Assembly (NCBI GenBank): GCA_053919585.1
Contig: CM132785.1
Reading direction: 5' to 3' (one strand)
Length of the DNA: 64,000 nt
Origin: Euprymna scolopes
Taxonomy: Eukaryota
In this document: positions 1 to 13,762 of the stretch, one piece after another
Layout: each line of letters begins with the position of its first letter
Numbering within the stretch: the stretch's first letter is position 1
The notes under the pieces: model-generated
Database searches by the model: none
What the model was told of the DNA's origin: nothing
What the model saw: only the letters and a program-made list of their open reading frames with translations
Program-made: the position numbers and the translations under genes

Positions 1-197
1 AATCTGAGCTTGAATATCCTTCCTATATAGTGTTTGCATAATTTTGAATTTTTATTTAACAATGAATTATCAAGTATGTTTGGTTATACTATATTTACGG
101 TATATATCATTCTAATGGGCGCTTTTCGCTCTATTTTATCCTTTTTATTACTATGGTGTTAAAACAGTTATATTTTTCTTTCTAACTGATGAATAAA

Positions 198-1110
198 GAG
201 TGGAAAACACAAGTTCGCTCATTGTTTTATTCCAGGTTTATTAGGTCAAAAAGATGTTGAAACAGTTTGCGATATCAAGGAAGCATTACTCCCAACGAGT
301 ATCACTAAACTCACAGCATAATGGTGTTTAAGCAATTTCGCGACGGCGGCGAGAGTTTCGAAGATGAGGAGTGTAATGGTCGACCTTCAGATGTTGACAA
401 CGATCAATTTAAAAGCCTTAAGTGAAGCCATAGACGCACAAATGTTTACGAACATATTCTTTCATTAAAAGTAACGTATACGATAATTCCTAAGCACTTG
501 AGATAGATTGAAAAGACAAAATGATTTATAAGATATTCTCAAACACCTTTAATGACAACCAAAACAAATGCTGGTTTGAAGTGCCATTTTCTTTTCCATC
601 ACGCACCAAAAACAACCCGTTCCTCTACCGGATATTTGCTAGCGATAAACGAGTATATTATATACGTCAACCAGCGACTTTTGGCTCTCCGTATTTAGAT
701 GCTGACGGAGTTGCTCAACACTTCCTAAAGCCAGGGTTGCGCCCAAAAGAGGCCATGCTTATTTTTGGTGGTTTCCGACCATTCTTGTTTATTACAGGTA
801 TTTTTATGCAGGGAAAACCGTTACGGAGAAGTATTGTCAGAAACTGAATGAATTGCATGAGAAACTTCGACAACACCATCCATCAGAATATAGAAAATTC
901 TCCGAAAATTCTCACCTAACGAATATTACTATTCTAAGCTTCTCGATAACTTTCTGCTTAAGAAATGCTTCAAATTCCTTAACGATATCAAAAACGCTTA
1001 CAGCGAATTCATCGCTATCAGAACGCAAGATTATTACATTGCTGGCAGAAGTACACTTGTTTTGCGTTGACAAATGGGGGACGAATCTGATGGTGCTTAT
1101 TTTGATGAAT
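198..1110 (+). mobile_element. Degenerate mariner-type (DD34D) transposase remnant
   Basis: Frameshifted translation gives mariner motifs: FR.GGESFEDEE..GRPSDVDND (HTH region), D(E)K.VYY, HFLKP.L.PK..ML..WW, KTVT.KYCQKL.ELHEKL, a YSP/LSP-like segment and C-terminal ESDGAYFDE. The HDNA segment is deleted and there are many stops. Confidence 0.85.
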
Positions 1111-1111
1111 A

Positions 1112-1638
1112 TTAATCTGTGCCTCGTGTAAATTTACGCTCATGAAAAATAAACTATTGTTATAATCACTTGCCATTGTGTATGAATTAGTGGTGAGTAT
1201 ATAGCAAATTGATATTATTATTTCTAAATGATATAAGGGGTAACTAAATTTCTATTCATTATGCATCAATCGGAATCCTGTTTTGCAAATGTGTATGCTC
1301 TTAGTAAGGTTTTATGTAACGTCAAATGCGCTAGTCATCTTATTTCCTTCTGTCATTTCGATTTTAAGTTAGAAATATATAATACGTCTGTAAATTAAAC
1401 GCTTTCTTATATCATCTTAGAAATTAATAGAATGGTTTCTTTAATTAAAGCCAAATGCCTTTAAAGTTACATTGACTTAATTTTAACCAAATAAGAGTCA
1501 GTAAGTTTATATAAGTTAGTGTGGCATGTAAGACGAATTTTGTAAACTAATATTAATACAGAATGAGGGAAGAAGAATATTTTTCCAATTAATCCATATA
1601 GTTTTATGTGGCGTAAATTTACACGGGGTACAAATTAA
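1112..1638. mobile_element. MITE (~530 bp) with terminal inverted repeats and TA target duplication
   Basis: 1109-1139 atattaatctgtgcctcgtgtaaatttacgc is the reverse complement of 1611-1641 gcgtaaatttacacggggtacaaattaatat with 3 mismatches. TA lies at 1110-1111 and 1639-1640. The interior is non-coding and AT-rich. Confidence 0.75.
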
Positions 1639-3199
1639 TATCGATATTTCTCTGGAGTTTTATTTGAGAGATCTTACTTTAATTGTATCAATCATGTCTA
1701 CAGTAAATATACAAAATAAAATATTGACCAATATAATGCTAACGCATAACCATATAAAAATGTATTGAACATTCTCACAAGAAATAGAAAAGAAAACTGG
1801 TTTTTAATTTTCATATTTCTGAAACATTTGAACTTTATTTACTTCATATCATATTAAGCTTGCACTTATCGCTTGATATATTTCAACGTAATATACACCA
1901 TATATCTCTTTCTCAATCATGCATATTTTTGTATGTACTTTTAACAAATGCATTACAGTAACAGGGCACGTTTTAAATTTTGTAATTTATCCTAAATTAC
2001 ATTCTAACAGATATGTTTTCTGCACTGTTCTTCTCATAACGGTCAAAATAAACTGTAAGTAATACCACATGCAATATCAATCAATTTTTTTCCTGTTTTT
2101 CCCCCATTCATTTTCAAAACTGACGTCTCGCCTTCTGCCAGTTTTACTATAGTTCTGCCACCTAAATGGCAGCGAAAGAAACCGAAAACAATAAAAACAC
2201 AACACACCAAATAAATCAAAAACTTAGCTGCAGTAAATATCTTTCTCACGTTGCTTATGTAAATATTATAGCGCTAAACGTGTATGCTGCATAATAGGCT
2301 GCCAGTATGTTAGCTAATTCATCTTTGAAGTTTATTATTTTGATGACAAACCAGTGCAAGTTTTGTCTTTATTCACATTAAAAAATACCCTTTTGTTTAA
2401 CTGTGCATTTGCGGGGAGGCAAAGTAAATACAGTTATGTTAAGTACATGCATATTCTGGTTGTCTATATTATTCGTTTATTCCTTCCAACGAAAATAACT
2501 TCATATTTCGGTTTTATAATTAAAATGTAATTGCATCTGTTGCAATACAGTTTAATGCTAGTGCTGTCTACGTTACCTTTACATAAGCAATGTAGCAAAT
2601 GGATTTTCTTGGATTTTCCGTTATTTTTTTTAATTAAAAGTATGGAATAGACTTGGAATAACTCTCTACTTCTTTTTATAGAGAAGTACATGCAATTCTA
2701 TATAAAATTTAATAATCATCCTCTTTCCCTTTGCTAATATATGGATGAATCGTTTATCAAACTAAATTTTTTTCGGGTATTTGGAATTGCGACGTACTTT
2801 ATATAAGCACTATAAACCGCGCTTGTCAACACACATGATGTCTCATTGCCTTCGATTTTATGTTTGCATCATACTAGTGCTACAATGTTGCATATTTTTA
2901 CGCCGTCCTTTTCTTTTTATTATGTAATATAAAAAACTAATATGTTGGATTATTTGATATGTAACAGGAAATAATTACCTAGAAACAGTTGAGTATCTAT
3001 GATATATAGTGCCAGGGTCTAGCCGCATACAGAAAACTTGTATTCTTATACGTTTTACTCGCAATGTCAGGTCTTGAGTATTATTGCTTTAATTATTTTC
3101 GTCTTTTACTATTTCTGCCTTTCTTGCCGATGTTATCTTTAAGTCCAGGTATTCGATTGGGAACTCTTTCTTTTCACGTTTTTATTTATATCCACCGAT

Positions 3200-3410
3200 A
3201 TGCATGTGGTGCTAATCCATCTACTCGCTATTATAAAAAAAAATAATCTCAAGACTTTTCAGATTCCACCGCGTAAGAGCCAATTACGTCCTAGGATACA
3301 ATATTGTTCCCAAATCTGGGCAGTAACTTCTCGGAAAACCCTAGACTGTTTTGATACATTTCAGATCCAGGTTCAAAATCTTAAAGATGATACCCTTTGT
3401 TATCCGTTGT
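3200..3410 (+). mobile_element. Short, old CR1/Jockey-type LINE fragment (region C-terminal to RT)
   Basis: Translates as KSQLRPRIQYCSQIWA..S..TLDCFD, matching the YxSQVRPRMEYCxHIWAGA segment of the copy at ~24150-24240. Confidence 0.6.
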
Positions 3411-4205
3411 TAAATACTTGTATTTCTATCAATATTCCTTTCTGTGGAGTATTTTCTTTAATTTTCTTTTTCGGACTGATTATTGAGACTGTACACATGT
3501 TAACTTTGTTTATTTTTTTTTTTGGTGGTGGTGGGGGGCAATTTTTACATTAGGTTCACTTTCACAATTTTCTTTAACATGACGACTTGTATAGTTTTAC
3601 CTCTATGCTGAATAAGAATATATCCGTTATATTTTCCATGGAAAATAAGTTTTCTAGATATAAAGACTTGTATTATGCAATTTACTTTACTGGCCGCCAG
3701 ATTTTTACACCCGCTCGATAAACAATTCCACTTCTCTTCTACCGGGACAACTACTTCCCATTTTTTTTGTTTTTATAGCATTTGTGCGTTGGTGTACTGA
3801 CAGCGAATATCACGATTAAATTTGGATAAACATTATTTCATTCCCCAAATATTTGGTGTCTACTCTGAATGCTATTCTTGACATATGGAGGTTGAGAGCG
3901 TGGATTCCGAAAGCTGTTGTTTACGTAGGAAGGTTGCTATTCCGAAAGTCGTCCTTAACGATAAGAGATTGGCTATTTATTCCGAACGCCGTGCGTAATA
4001 TGACATTACTCAAGGAAGTTAAATAAGTCGTAATTGCTTTGTTTTACACGTTGAAAAACTGAAATTTAATGTAATTCTATTGTTGGAAAGTTTAAAAAGA
4101 GTAGGCATACTTGAACAGCAAACGGTAACAGCAAGCAGTGTTGTCAATGACCTCGATCACTCTATAAAGTTAATATACAATGAGAATCACTTACTTAGTA
4201 AAGTC

Positions 4206-4556
4206 TTTTTTTACAAGGTAGTCACCACTTATCAAGGCCCAGAAGCAACTCAGGGGCAAGGGGTATTTTAAGTATAGTACGTTAGTGTGGATATTTAAAG
4301 TGTCTACTTAAGGGAGCGGTACATCAGGAACTTGTTTACGTTGGACTTAAATACATCCAAGTTGTAGTCAGGAGGGAAGCAGGCAGACGAAACAGTTCCA
4401 CAGGCGTGAAGTTCTAAGAAAGAAGCTTTTTTCATGGAATCCACGTTTTGATTTAGGTAGATAAAGAGTGGGAAAAGTTTTTTTACAGTGGATTCAGCTA
4501 GACGGGTGTTTTTGTAAAAGATTGGCGAGGGGGGACCAGAGATTGGAGTCCAGTCG
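4206..4556 (-). mobile_element. CR1/Jockey-type LINE 3' end (5'-truncated), same family as 23282-24719
   Basis: ORF end SACFPPDYNLDVFKSNVNKFLMYRSLK matches SACFPPDYNLHVFKSNINKFLMNRPLK at 24430-24615. The 3' UTR and A-tail are the reverse complement of 24615-24719. Confidence 0.9.
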
Positions 4557-5994
4557 AGCACCTGCGATTGTTTTTACTTTCCATTATTATTCTAATTCCC
4601 AGTGGAAGTCAGATTATTTCACTTCGATTTCGACCGCTAGTGTCCACAATTGTTCAGGGACGGCAGTGACCACCAATAACAACCGGAGCTTTGTTTTTAC
4701 GAGGGTTTACTATGCTTTTACCAGGTAATGCCGATTAAATTAAATTATGATGCTTTTACATTGATCTAGATCATTTTTCCCTAATTATTTAGCTATGCCT
4801 CTTCTTTTGAAACTGTTTTTTCTGTCGCAAGATTTTTATTTACGATAATATCCAGATTTATAAAACTGTAGAATCGTGGTCCGTATGAGTCCGCGTCTAT
4901 CTCGTATGCTTTTGCAATATCTTGATCACTTCGGGGTATTCTGTACAATTTTCCACTGAGAAAAAAAGCATTGGCTTTTAGTGCATTCACATATTTTGCA
5001 ACAATTCTATCCAAACATTGACCGAACACACCAGGAGATTTGCAATTGCTTTAAAACATTTAAATATTCATATGTTTCTTCTATGTTTACTTTCAGCAAG
5101 GGCTACCTAAGCTTAGTTAAATTATATTCCTTAGATATTGTTTCAGTGATATGACCGTTGCGCTTCGGCATTTAAAACATATCATGATGTATTATCAATT
5201 TATTCATTCAACTTGCGAGAATTTTTTAGCTTTCTTAAATTGCCGTGAGGCTCGAATGAGGTCTTGAGCATCGATTTGCCATCCGCTGAAGATTCACAAC
5301 AATGCCAATAAAATTAAATTGATGGCATATTTTATTATTTATTTTTACTTTCCAAACATTCATTATCTCATTTTAGATTTTGATTTACATAGTTTGCGTC
5401 ATCTCTTTTACTCGATTGCTACGGCAAGCAAGGATTTTGGATAAGTACTTACAAAACTCAATTGTGTTTCCCGGTTCTTTCACACGTTGTTACGTATATG
5501 TTCATTACATGTAAACTCCTGAAAATCACACAATAATTCATACTGTACAATAATTAACATTTACGTTTTACTGAAGTACATTATTTTGGATTTGGTTTGT
5601 ATTCCAGTAATCTTGTAATGAAGAACATAATAAAATTAATGAAATAGCGTAATCGACAAAAGAGATACGAAGGAAATCGACCAGTTAAAATAAGCAATTT
5701 GATAATAAAATAAAATAGATATACAATGAATTGAATACGTATAAATTTATTCCTCTATAATAGATCGAAAATAGTCTAACAGATGTATCGATATTTTTAT
5801 AAATTAGAACTCGTTTTTGTATATTTGTAAGACCGACCGAAAATCGTATTTTTATTTCATCAATCATGTAGTTTTCCTTTTTTCGTTTCTTACCATTATG
5901 CGATTGAAGCGCCGAAAGCTTTTTTTACTTATTAGTTATTCTAACATCATTTATTTCTCTTGTATCTGTAACATAACATTAGCTATTTTTATGT

Positions 5995-8470
5995 TCTCTA
6001 CCGCTCTCCCTCGACCCAGGACTGTACCCTAATAAACAAAGTCTTGGACAGCATAGATACAGCACTTTCCCTCGACACTAGCGCAAAAGTGCATGTATTT
6101 GGTGGCTTCAACTGTCTTGGATTTTCTACTTACACAGACGCAGCTGGTACCACAACACATTACTTCTCTATATCTCATCTCTTATCACAGATGGTGACGT
6201 TTCCAACACGTTTCCCAGACCAACAAGAACAACGTCCATTACTTCTAGATTTGTTTCTGACCACAGCTCCCAATGACTGTGTAACGAATGCCCACCTCCC
6301 TCTTGGGAACGCCGATTATGGAGTGGTAATGGTTGAAATCCCCCTAAACTCTAGAGCCTATACTGCTAAAAAAACGAGAGATTATAAAAAGGCTGACTTG
6401 GAAGCCATCAGGAACCTCATCAGGGACGCTCCATGGCAAAATATCTTTTCACTTCCTGCTGAACACTGTGCAAATGAGACAACTGAATGGTTCAAAGCGG
6501 CAATTTAAGCACATGTTCCCACACGCAAATTCTATAGCAAACCCGACTCTCCCCACTTGTTAACAACAACTTGTGCAGCTGTCATACCGCAAATACAGCA
6601 TGCGTACCTCAAATTTAACTGACATAAGTCCAGTTATAACAGACAGAAGTACATAAAAGCCAGAAACAATTGTTAGAAAGAAATAGCGACAGCTAAGAGA
6701 GCATTTATTGAAACCATCCAAAAACGCATCGAAGCACAGAAATTAGGAACTCGAGACTCCTGGAAAATCAACAACAGTGTAGTAAATAATGGACAATAAA
6801 AAATTCCCCAACTATCCAAGAAACATGTGGGTTTTCCTCAGAAACTGAGAAGGCTAACATGCTTGCCAGACGGTTTGCCTTCAATTCGACAGAGGACTCT
6901 TCTTACAATTCCCTGACTTTCCTTTGCAGGCAGACGCCACACTAGACGATCTGAAAATCACCCCTGCTCAGGTGCATGCTATCACAAGAAAGCTTGCCAC
7001 GTCAAAAGCATATGGACCTGATCTCATCCCGGCTGTGCTATTTAGAAAGTGCGCCGCCGAAGGAGTTCCAGTTCTCTCCAAACTTTACAACAAATGTCTT
7101 AATGAATCTTGCTTTCTGTCCTGCTGGAAAACTGCTTCTGTAGTGCCAGTTTTCAAGAATTCTCTCGAAAGAACTGGCCCAGTAAACTATCGCTCCATTA
7201 GCCCCCATTCAACTTTTTTTCCAAAATATTTGAGACCAAAATTAACCAAGCTGTAGTCCATCACCTTACAGATGCTAAACTTCTGACTGACCAATAATAT
7301 GGATTTAGGCAAGCCCGTTCCACAGCAGACATCCTAACTGTAATTTCACAACGTACATACCAGTCACTTGACAGACGGAATCACTGGAAGGATACGTACC
7401 ATACTTAGATCCTTCTCAGACAAGAGAAAAATCCAGGTTGCCCTTGATTGACGGCCGTACATCTAAGCAATATGATATAAATGCGGGAGTGCCTCAGGAG
7501 TCTATCCTTTGATCTCTGTTATTCCTTATATTCATAAATGACCTCACCGACAAAATTGTTTGTGAGATGGCTATGTATGGTGACGAAACCACGCTCTATA
7601 ACAGACACGACAGGAAAACAAATGAACACATATCTAAAGAAATGGCAGAAACACTAGAGAATGACCTCCGATCTCTAGTGGAATGGGGACAAAAATGGAT
7701 GGTCACTTTCAATGCTGCCAAGACTAAACTTGTTTCCTTCAATAATTACAAGAAACATTACCTACCGCCAATAGCAATGCCCAATGACACTTTATTTTAA
7801 AGTACATCTTTTAAACACCTCGGCCTAACGTTCACAGGAAAAATGAGTTGAAACAATTACATTGAGAACATTGCCAGGACCTCTACGAAGAAGGTGGTTT
7901 TCTCTACCGTGCTAGAAACCTATTAACGCCTGAAAGTATCCTATACATCTGTACTCCCACCATTCGCTCATGTATTGGATTATTTGGGCTGGTGCATCTG
8001 CTCGCTCCTAGACAATGTTAAAAAGAAAGTCGCCAATCTGATAGGTCTTGAACTGTCAGCTAAACTTCAGCCCCTGTCACATCGACGAAATGTTGCATCC
8101 ATCTGCCTGTTCTACAAGTACTTTAACGGTGAATACTCTGACGAACTGCAAGCACTTGTGCCTCGTAGACGTAAATACTTCCGACAAACCCGACAAGCAG
8201 CTAAATTCCACCCCTTCACAGAGATCACTAAAGGCAAGAGAGCCTTCTACCCCAGTAATTTATCCTTCAGAATAGATAGACTTTGGAATTCCCTTCCAAG
8301 TCCCCGCTTCCCCGACTGTACTGACATGCAGACGTTCAAGTGCAACGTGAGCATACATCTTGCTGCCCAACTTCCTATACGGTAGCCCTGATGCTTATGT
8401 CCCTGATAGTAGTCTCCTACAACAAAGTGGCAATGTGCCTTGTTTTGGGTGAAAATGTAATTTTCTAAAA
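5995..8470 (+). mobile_element. Degenerate CR1/Jockey-type LINE ORF2 (partial APE endonuclease plus reverse transcriptase)
   Basis: Endonuclease motifs FGGFN, TFPTR, LLDLFLT, DY.KAD. RT motifs KAYGPD.IP, WKTASVVPVFK, YRSIS, GVPQ(G)S, YGDE (from YADD), VTFNAAKT, LQPLSHRRNVAS.CLFYKYFNG. Many stops and frameshifts. Confidence 0.93.
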
Positions 8471-9184
8471 ATCTCTACGGATTTCCGTCTTTTTTCTCAT
8501 ATAGATTGTGTAAATATCATACAACCAGCCCTATTTTATGTTTCTTTCATATTTCTAGGTACATTGCTGCACTTTATCCATCCCACATCTTCTGTCATGG
8601 TAAATCAAGCCCCGGCAAGAGGTGGGCAACAGGCAACTAAACTATAAGCCGCCGCAAGCATCGCCATTTTGCTGAATTGCTGACATTACGTAATATATAG
8701 ACAAATTAGTAGTGTTCTATTCCCGTAGCCGTATCTTTTCCCACGCGGGTACGTTGCATGGGAGTTCCAGTGTTTTTGATACTTTAGATGTGCTAAATTA
8801 CTCTATCACCTTCTTAAATTAATATTTACGATTCTGTTTTGAAATATATATTTATGTGAATGTTCACTACGCCATATAACATACGGCATTGGTCTAAGAA
8901 CTGCTGATTGTTTAAACAATCTTATTATAAAAGCAGAAATACTAAGAGTGTTTTAATAATACATAAAAACATGGTATTATATATAGTACATGTTATATTT
9001 CTTTGTTTTATCCTCAACCGTATATACGTTTATGAACAAATTAAATAAGCATCTCTCTGTATTAACCTTCTGCATGAAATATGCAAAAAAATAATTTAAA
9101 ATCTAGATACAGCAACACAATTTAGTCAAAGATATGATAGAAAAATATTAAACTTGTATAATATTAATAGGAGAATAAAAATAC

Positions 9185-9187
<3 letters not shown>

Positions 9188-9215
<28 letters not shown>

Positions 9216-9257
9216 TATTATTATTATTATTATTATTATTATCATTATTATTATTAT
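9188..9257. repeat. (TAA)n immediately followed by (TTA)n microsatellite
   Basis: Read directly: about 9 TAA units then about 14 TTA units. Confidence 0.95.
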
Positions 9258-9620
9258 TTTGAGAGATACGGAGAAGGCTTACCGCAAAAACGTGCTCAGT
9301 TCGGCCTGTTGTGCAGGTTGAGAAGAAAAAACGAAAAGATCTAAGATGGCCAATGTTGTCTTTTCATCTCCACGATCTCGAACAGTTCCCGGAAAATTAG
9401 CGTCTCATACGTGCTTTTGAGTTGTCCCCGCAAAAAAAAAAAAAAACAAACAAAAAAAAAACAGGTTGCTTGGGGGAGTTGGGAGAAGCGTTCAATGTGT
9501 GTATAGTGAATATCTTTGTGCGAGTCGTCAGATTTCCTTATATGATTTGTGCAGAGTGAACTTTGTTGTGCGACTAGTCAGACTTTTCTGATTCAAGCTC
9601 TTTCGGCTTTTTTGGTATGT

Positions 9621-12500
9621 TATGAACAGATTCGATTATAAACTGATTCCAGGGTTCTACGTCTCCCCCGCCGGCACCTCTGTCGTCAAGTTGTGGGAAA
9701 AGGCCGAGCAGGTCTGCAGGTTATGCCAATAAAGGATCCAGTAGTAGTTATCCCGGTTTCGATCAGCAAAGGGGCGTACGCAGTTCAGATATAAACCTGG
9801 CCTGGGGGGTAGACAAGCATTATTAGAAGCCTTTGCTACGGGATCTTTCGTATCCTGGAGGCAGTTCACCGAACGGCGGCTTGGGCCAAATGAGAGGGTG
9901 GATATATAACTGGTCGATTTAAGGAAGCTGGTCACGCCGTTCGGTGGAGTGAGCGACCACATATTAGGATGCGTTTTTTGGCCGAACTCTCGGACAACAA
10001 CAGCCGATTGCTATGAGCATCATCAAAGCTCAGTGAGTTGGGGTCTGGATAGACTTGCTCGCTAAAGCTCGGAATATTCTAGAAGACAATGCAGAATCAG
10101 CTTCAGCAGCTGTGGAAGCACCCGCATCGCCAACAGAAAACGTGAAGTGTTATAAATGTGGCTAACCAAACCATTTTTCCAAAGACTGCCGAAACGATTT
10201 GAAGGACGGTTCTAACCGAGGGATACCAAGACGCATGCATTGTCACCGGTAAAACAAGTTGGGCCACGTACCGGGAAGTTGTCCGGGAAACGAGCAAGGG
10301 AAGTAAGCTATAGCACCAGCGTTCTCCCCAGATCGCCGCTAAAAAAAGAGGTACCGGCGGTGAGCGTACACGTCAACAGACGTGAGTGCTTAGCGCTCGT
10401 AGACACCGGGTTCACGCAGACTCTCGTGCACAAGGCAGGCTGTCATACGTAGGGACGTGATGAACGTCAATGTGCTCACTGTCCGCGGGGGCTCCCTAGC
10501 CTCTTGTTGAGTAACCATCATCCGTAAGTGTATCGGGAATGGACGCTATGAAACAATTGTTGGCGTCCGGTTTACGATGAGAGTATGGAAGAAGGTATCC
10601 TTTGGGCGCAGCCATGGAGCTGGAGAAGCCTGACTTTCGTGCCAAATTAAACCAGCGCACGAAGTCCTGGTCACTATCCTATAAATGGCCGAACGAGCAG
10701 CAGCCAAAGAACTTGTACAATAGAGTGCCGGAATATAAGCTCCCCTCTGGAGCCGGAGCGGAATATGACAAGGAACTACAAATTGAATATATAATGAGTG
10801 GCTAGTTCTTTATGCCGAGAAGGAATTGGGTCCCCAAAAATGCCTTACCTCACTAATGGCCGTTATCAACTAAACCAAGCAGAAAGTGAAGCCGGAGCTC
10901 GAATATCGGGAAATGAACCAGCACATGGACTCTTTTACAGCTCGCGCGGACATATGCGCCGAGCAATTGAAAGAATGGCAGCAAATAGAATCTAATATAT
11001 CTGTTAGATTTTCGCAAGGCCTACCTTCAAGTGCGCGTGCACGGATAATTGTGGCCCCAAAAACCTTCTTTATAAAGGGAAAAATGTATTGTCTAACCTG
11101 CACGGGGTTTGGGCTTAATGTGGCACCATCGATTTTGTAGATGATTTGTATGCCGTTCTAGCTTAGAATGAGCGCGTATAGCAGGCAACATCTGCATATA
11201 CTGATGATGTGTACGTGGATGAGGGAATTGAAGCTGCAGCGCGCGTGAAGGAGCATCTCTGCAACTTTAGCCTCCTTATCAAGGATCCGGAAAGGCTACA
11301 TGATGGTACACGGATTCTTAGTCTGCAGGTTTGGAAAGAGAATTGTGTCCTTTTTTAGGAACTAAGGAACAAGTTCTCGGATATGAATTACGTAGTTACG
11401 TGACAAATAATATTTTCTCTATGTTGAAATTCTCTTGGACACCTCCCTGTAGGTGGAAGGATTCGTGTTGCAGTTACGTTTATCATGCGGAGAGCGTCCG
11501 AGGTTACCACTGAGTGGGATGATGAAACGACTCTCAACACAATGTTCGCGGAGGTCCTTACGATGGTGCGCGAGGATGACGCAGCGTGGGGCAGATGGTG
11601 CGTAGACGGCCGAGACCTTAGTGTGTTTGTTGACGCGAGCTCACTTTCCATTGGCATGTCGCTAGTCTATGATGGGGATGTGGTGGAGAATGCCTTTTTT
11701 TCTACGACCAGAAAAGTGCTCCCAGCAAAAAACCTGACAGAGCTCGATGCCGCCATCAAGGGGATAAACTTGGCAATCCTATCGAAATCTACTACGCTGC
11801 GACTGTTCACCTAATCTTCCCGCGTACACAAATGGATTTTAGATATCCATACCAGGAGGGACAGAATGCGGAAAAAAGCCCCGAGCGAGATGCTCATCTG
11901 ACGGTGGCTTGACACAATCGTAAGCCTGGTACAAGAATATGCACTCTACATGGAGTTGTCCCTGGATAAATTCAGCCTGGCAAAAATTGGAAACTAAGAG
12001 AGCCATTGAACCCGTACGACTTCCTCGCACTGCCTTTGTGAGTTCCGTTCGATTTAATCGAAGCAAAGAAGTCCGCAAGGAAAGCGGGCACGCTAGGATC
12101 AAACGAACCTTATATTTCGTTAAGTTGGTTGATTAAGAAATGTAGAACGCAGACGTCACGAGAGTGGTCAAAAGCTGTGTGGCTTGTGAATCCATCGAAA
12201 AAGCACTCGTTCGATGGGGGAAAGATAAGCTGGGGTGAGGAACCACAGCAGCAGGTTGGCAATAGATATTACCCACCACAATGACGAGGATTTCCTTACC
12301 CTTATTTATTGCGGCCCATCTACGTTTGCGATATGGTGGCCGCTGCACCGGTATGATACAACCGGCATCATCCGTCAGTAAAATAGTGTTTTCTTTGAAC
12401 GCGGCCTCCCAACAGAAATACTAACAGACAATGGCACTGCATTTACAAGTGAGCAATTCCAAAAGTTTTCCGATGACTAGGGAGTTTTCCGATGACTGGG
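9621..12500 (+). mobile_element. Degenerate Ty3/gypsy-like LTR retrotransposon internal region (gag-PR-RT-RH-IN), 3'-truncated in integrase
   Basis: gag DYKLIP.F...VV..WEKAE.VC; CCHC knuckle CYKCG*PNHFSKDC (~10148-10190); protease ALVDTG; RT GFGLNVAP and SAYTDDVY; RNase H VFVDASS and NLTELDAAIKGINLA; integrase GH.RIKRT..C..C and ILTDNGTAFTS. The order PR-RT-RH-IN is gypsy-like. No 3' LTR seen. Confidence 0.9.
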
Positions 12501-12704
12501 CGTATATATTAATAATTCTGTTTCTTTTCGTCTTTTTCTTTCCCTCTTTGCACTTCTAACTTTTCTGACCTAATAAACATATTTTCATACGATAACATGG
12601 AAAGTCTTAAGAAAGAGAATGCGAGCTATAATACATTTTTTACCTATTTTATCCGTTCGAAATCTCGGAGACTATTGATCAGAGTTTTAATAAAGAAGGT
12701 TCCT

Positions 12705-13345
12705 TGGAAAACTAATGACTTGGATTGTTTAGTAGGATATGTGGCATTTGCAATTAAGATATCACATTATTGTTTCAAAAAGTAAGGAATCACTTTTCAG
12801 TATAACTTTAAGGTAAAATGAACACCCACTTTATAGCAATTATTTTATAAATGTTCCGATTTTTTAGGGGGGCGTTTATTGTGTCCTGCGAGACCAACGC
12901 AAAACATACCTAAAAAAATATTCGGGTTGGCTGAAAACTAATGTCACATTAAAATTTTCCGCAAATAATTATTATTCAGAGTCTGAAGCAATAATATGAG
13001 CGCGTACAACAATGGCTACCAATTATAATAGAACGAAACATATTGATTTTCCCGGAAAATGATATTTGCGGAAAAGTTAAATGTGGTATTCTTTTTCAGC
13101 ACACCCGATTACATATAGAAAACAAGTTTTTATGTAGTTTTCATGCCGTTTGACCAGGCCGCAAATACAAAATAAAAACAGCCCCTAAAAATAAGAGTTG
13201 CACCCCCAAAAACGTTGGCTATACATTGGATGTTGATTTTACGTAAAATTAACATAAAAAAGTGATCTCCCAATTTTCTAAGAATAATTTATTCATCACT
13301 TGAAAACCTCTCCTGTCCCAGAATTTAAACAATCATTTCCGTTTT
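12705..13345. mobile_element. Long imperfect foldback (palindromic) element, probable non-autonomous DNA transposon
   Basis: 12930-12967 matches the reverse complement of 13063-13100. ~12780-12840 matches the reverse complement of ~13215-13278. Weaker similarity continues outward. Spacer is ~95 bp. Confidence 0.7.
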
Positions 13346-13762
13346 TAGCACCCTATAAATAACTCGTATTAGATGACCACTAACAAATAACTTATGTTTT
13401 TTTTAAGGTTAAACATCCGAACTTAATAAAGAGTTTTTTTTTTATTTATTTCAGGGCATACGATGGGTAATATAATACGTCTAAAATGTTGCAAAAATTT
13501 TCATATATCAAGTTATTTCAGTTGTAATTTATTATGTGATCAAGACATTCTTGCGGTATTGTCCTGTTCATGATATAAAGGTTGGAAAAGTATGATTTTG
13601 CTGAATTTTCAGTTACTTACGCAGCAGATTATGACATTAAATACAATATATAAAATGCATGTCCTTAAAAAACTTACATAGGTCATGTCAGGAAAATCTA
13701 TCTCAATTTTTTCACTAAGTTTACCATGCTGGAATCATTTTAACTTAATTTATTTTTCGTAT

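Noticed and set aside
9480-9620. 5' LTR of the gypsy element
   Set aside because: Two short direct repeats are present, but there is no matching 3' LTR, TG…CA boundary or clear primer-binding site.
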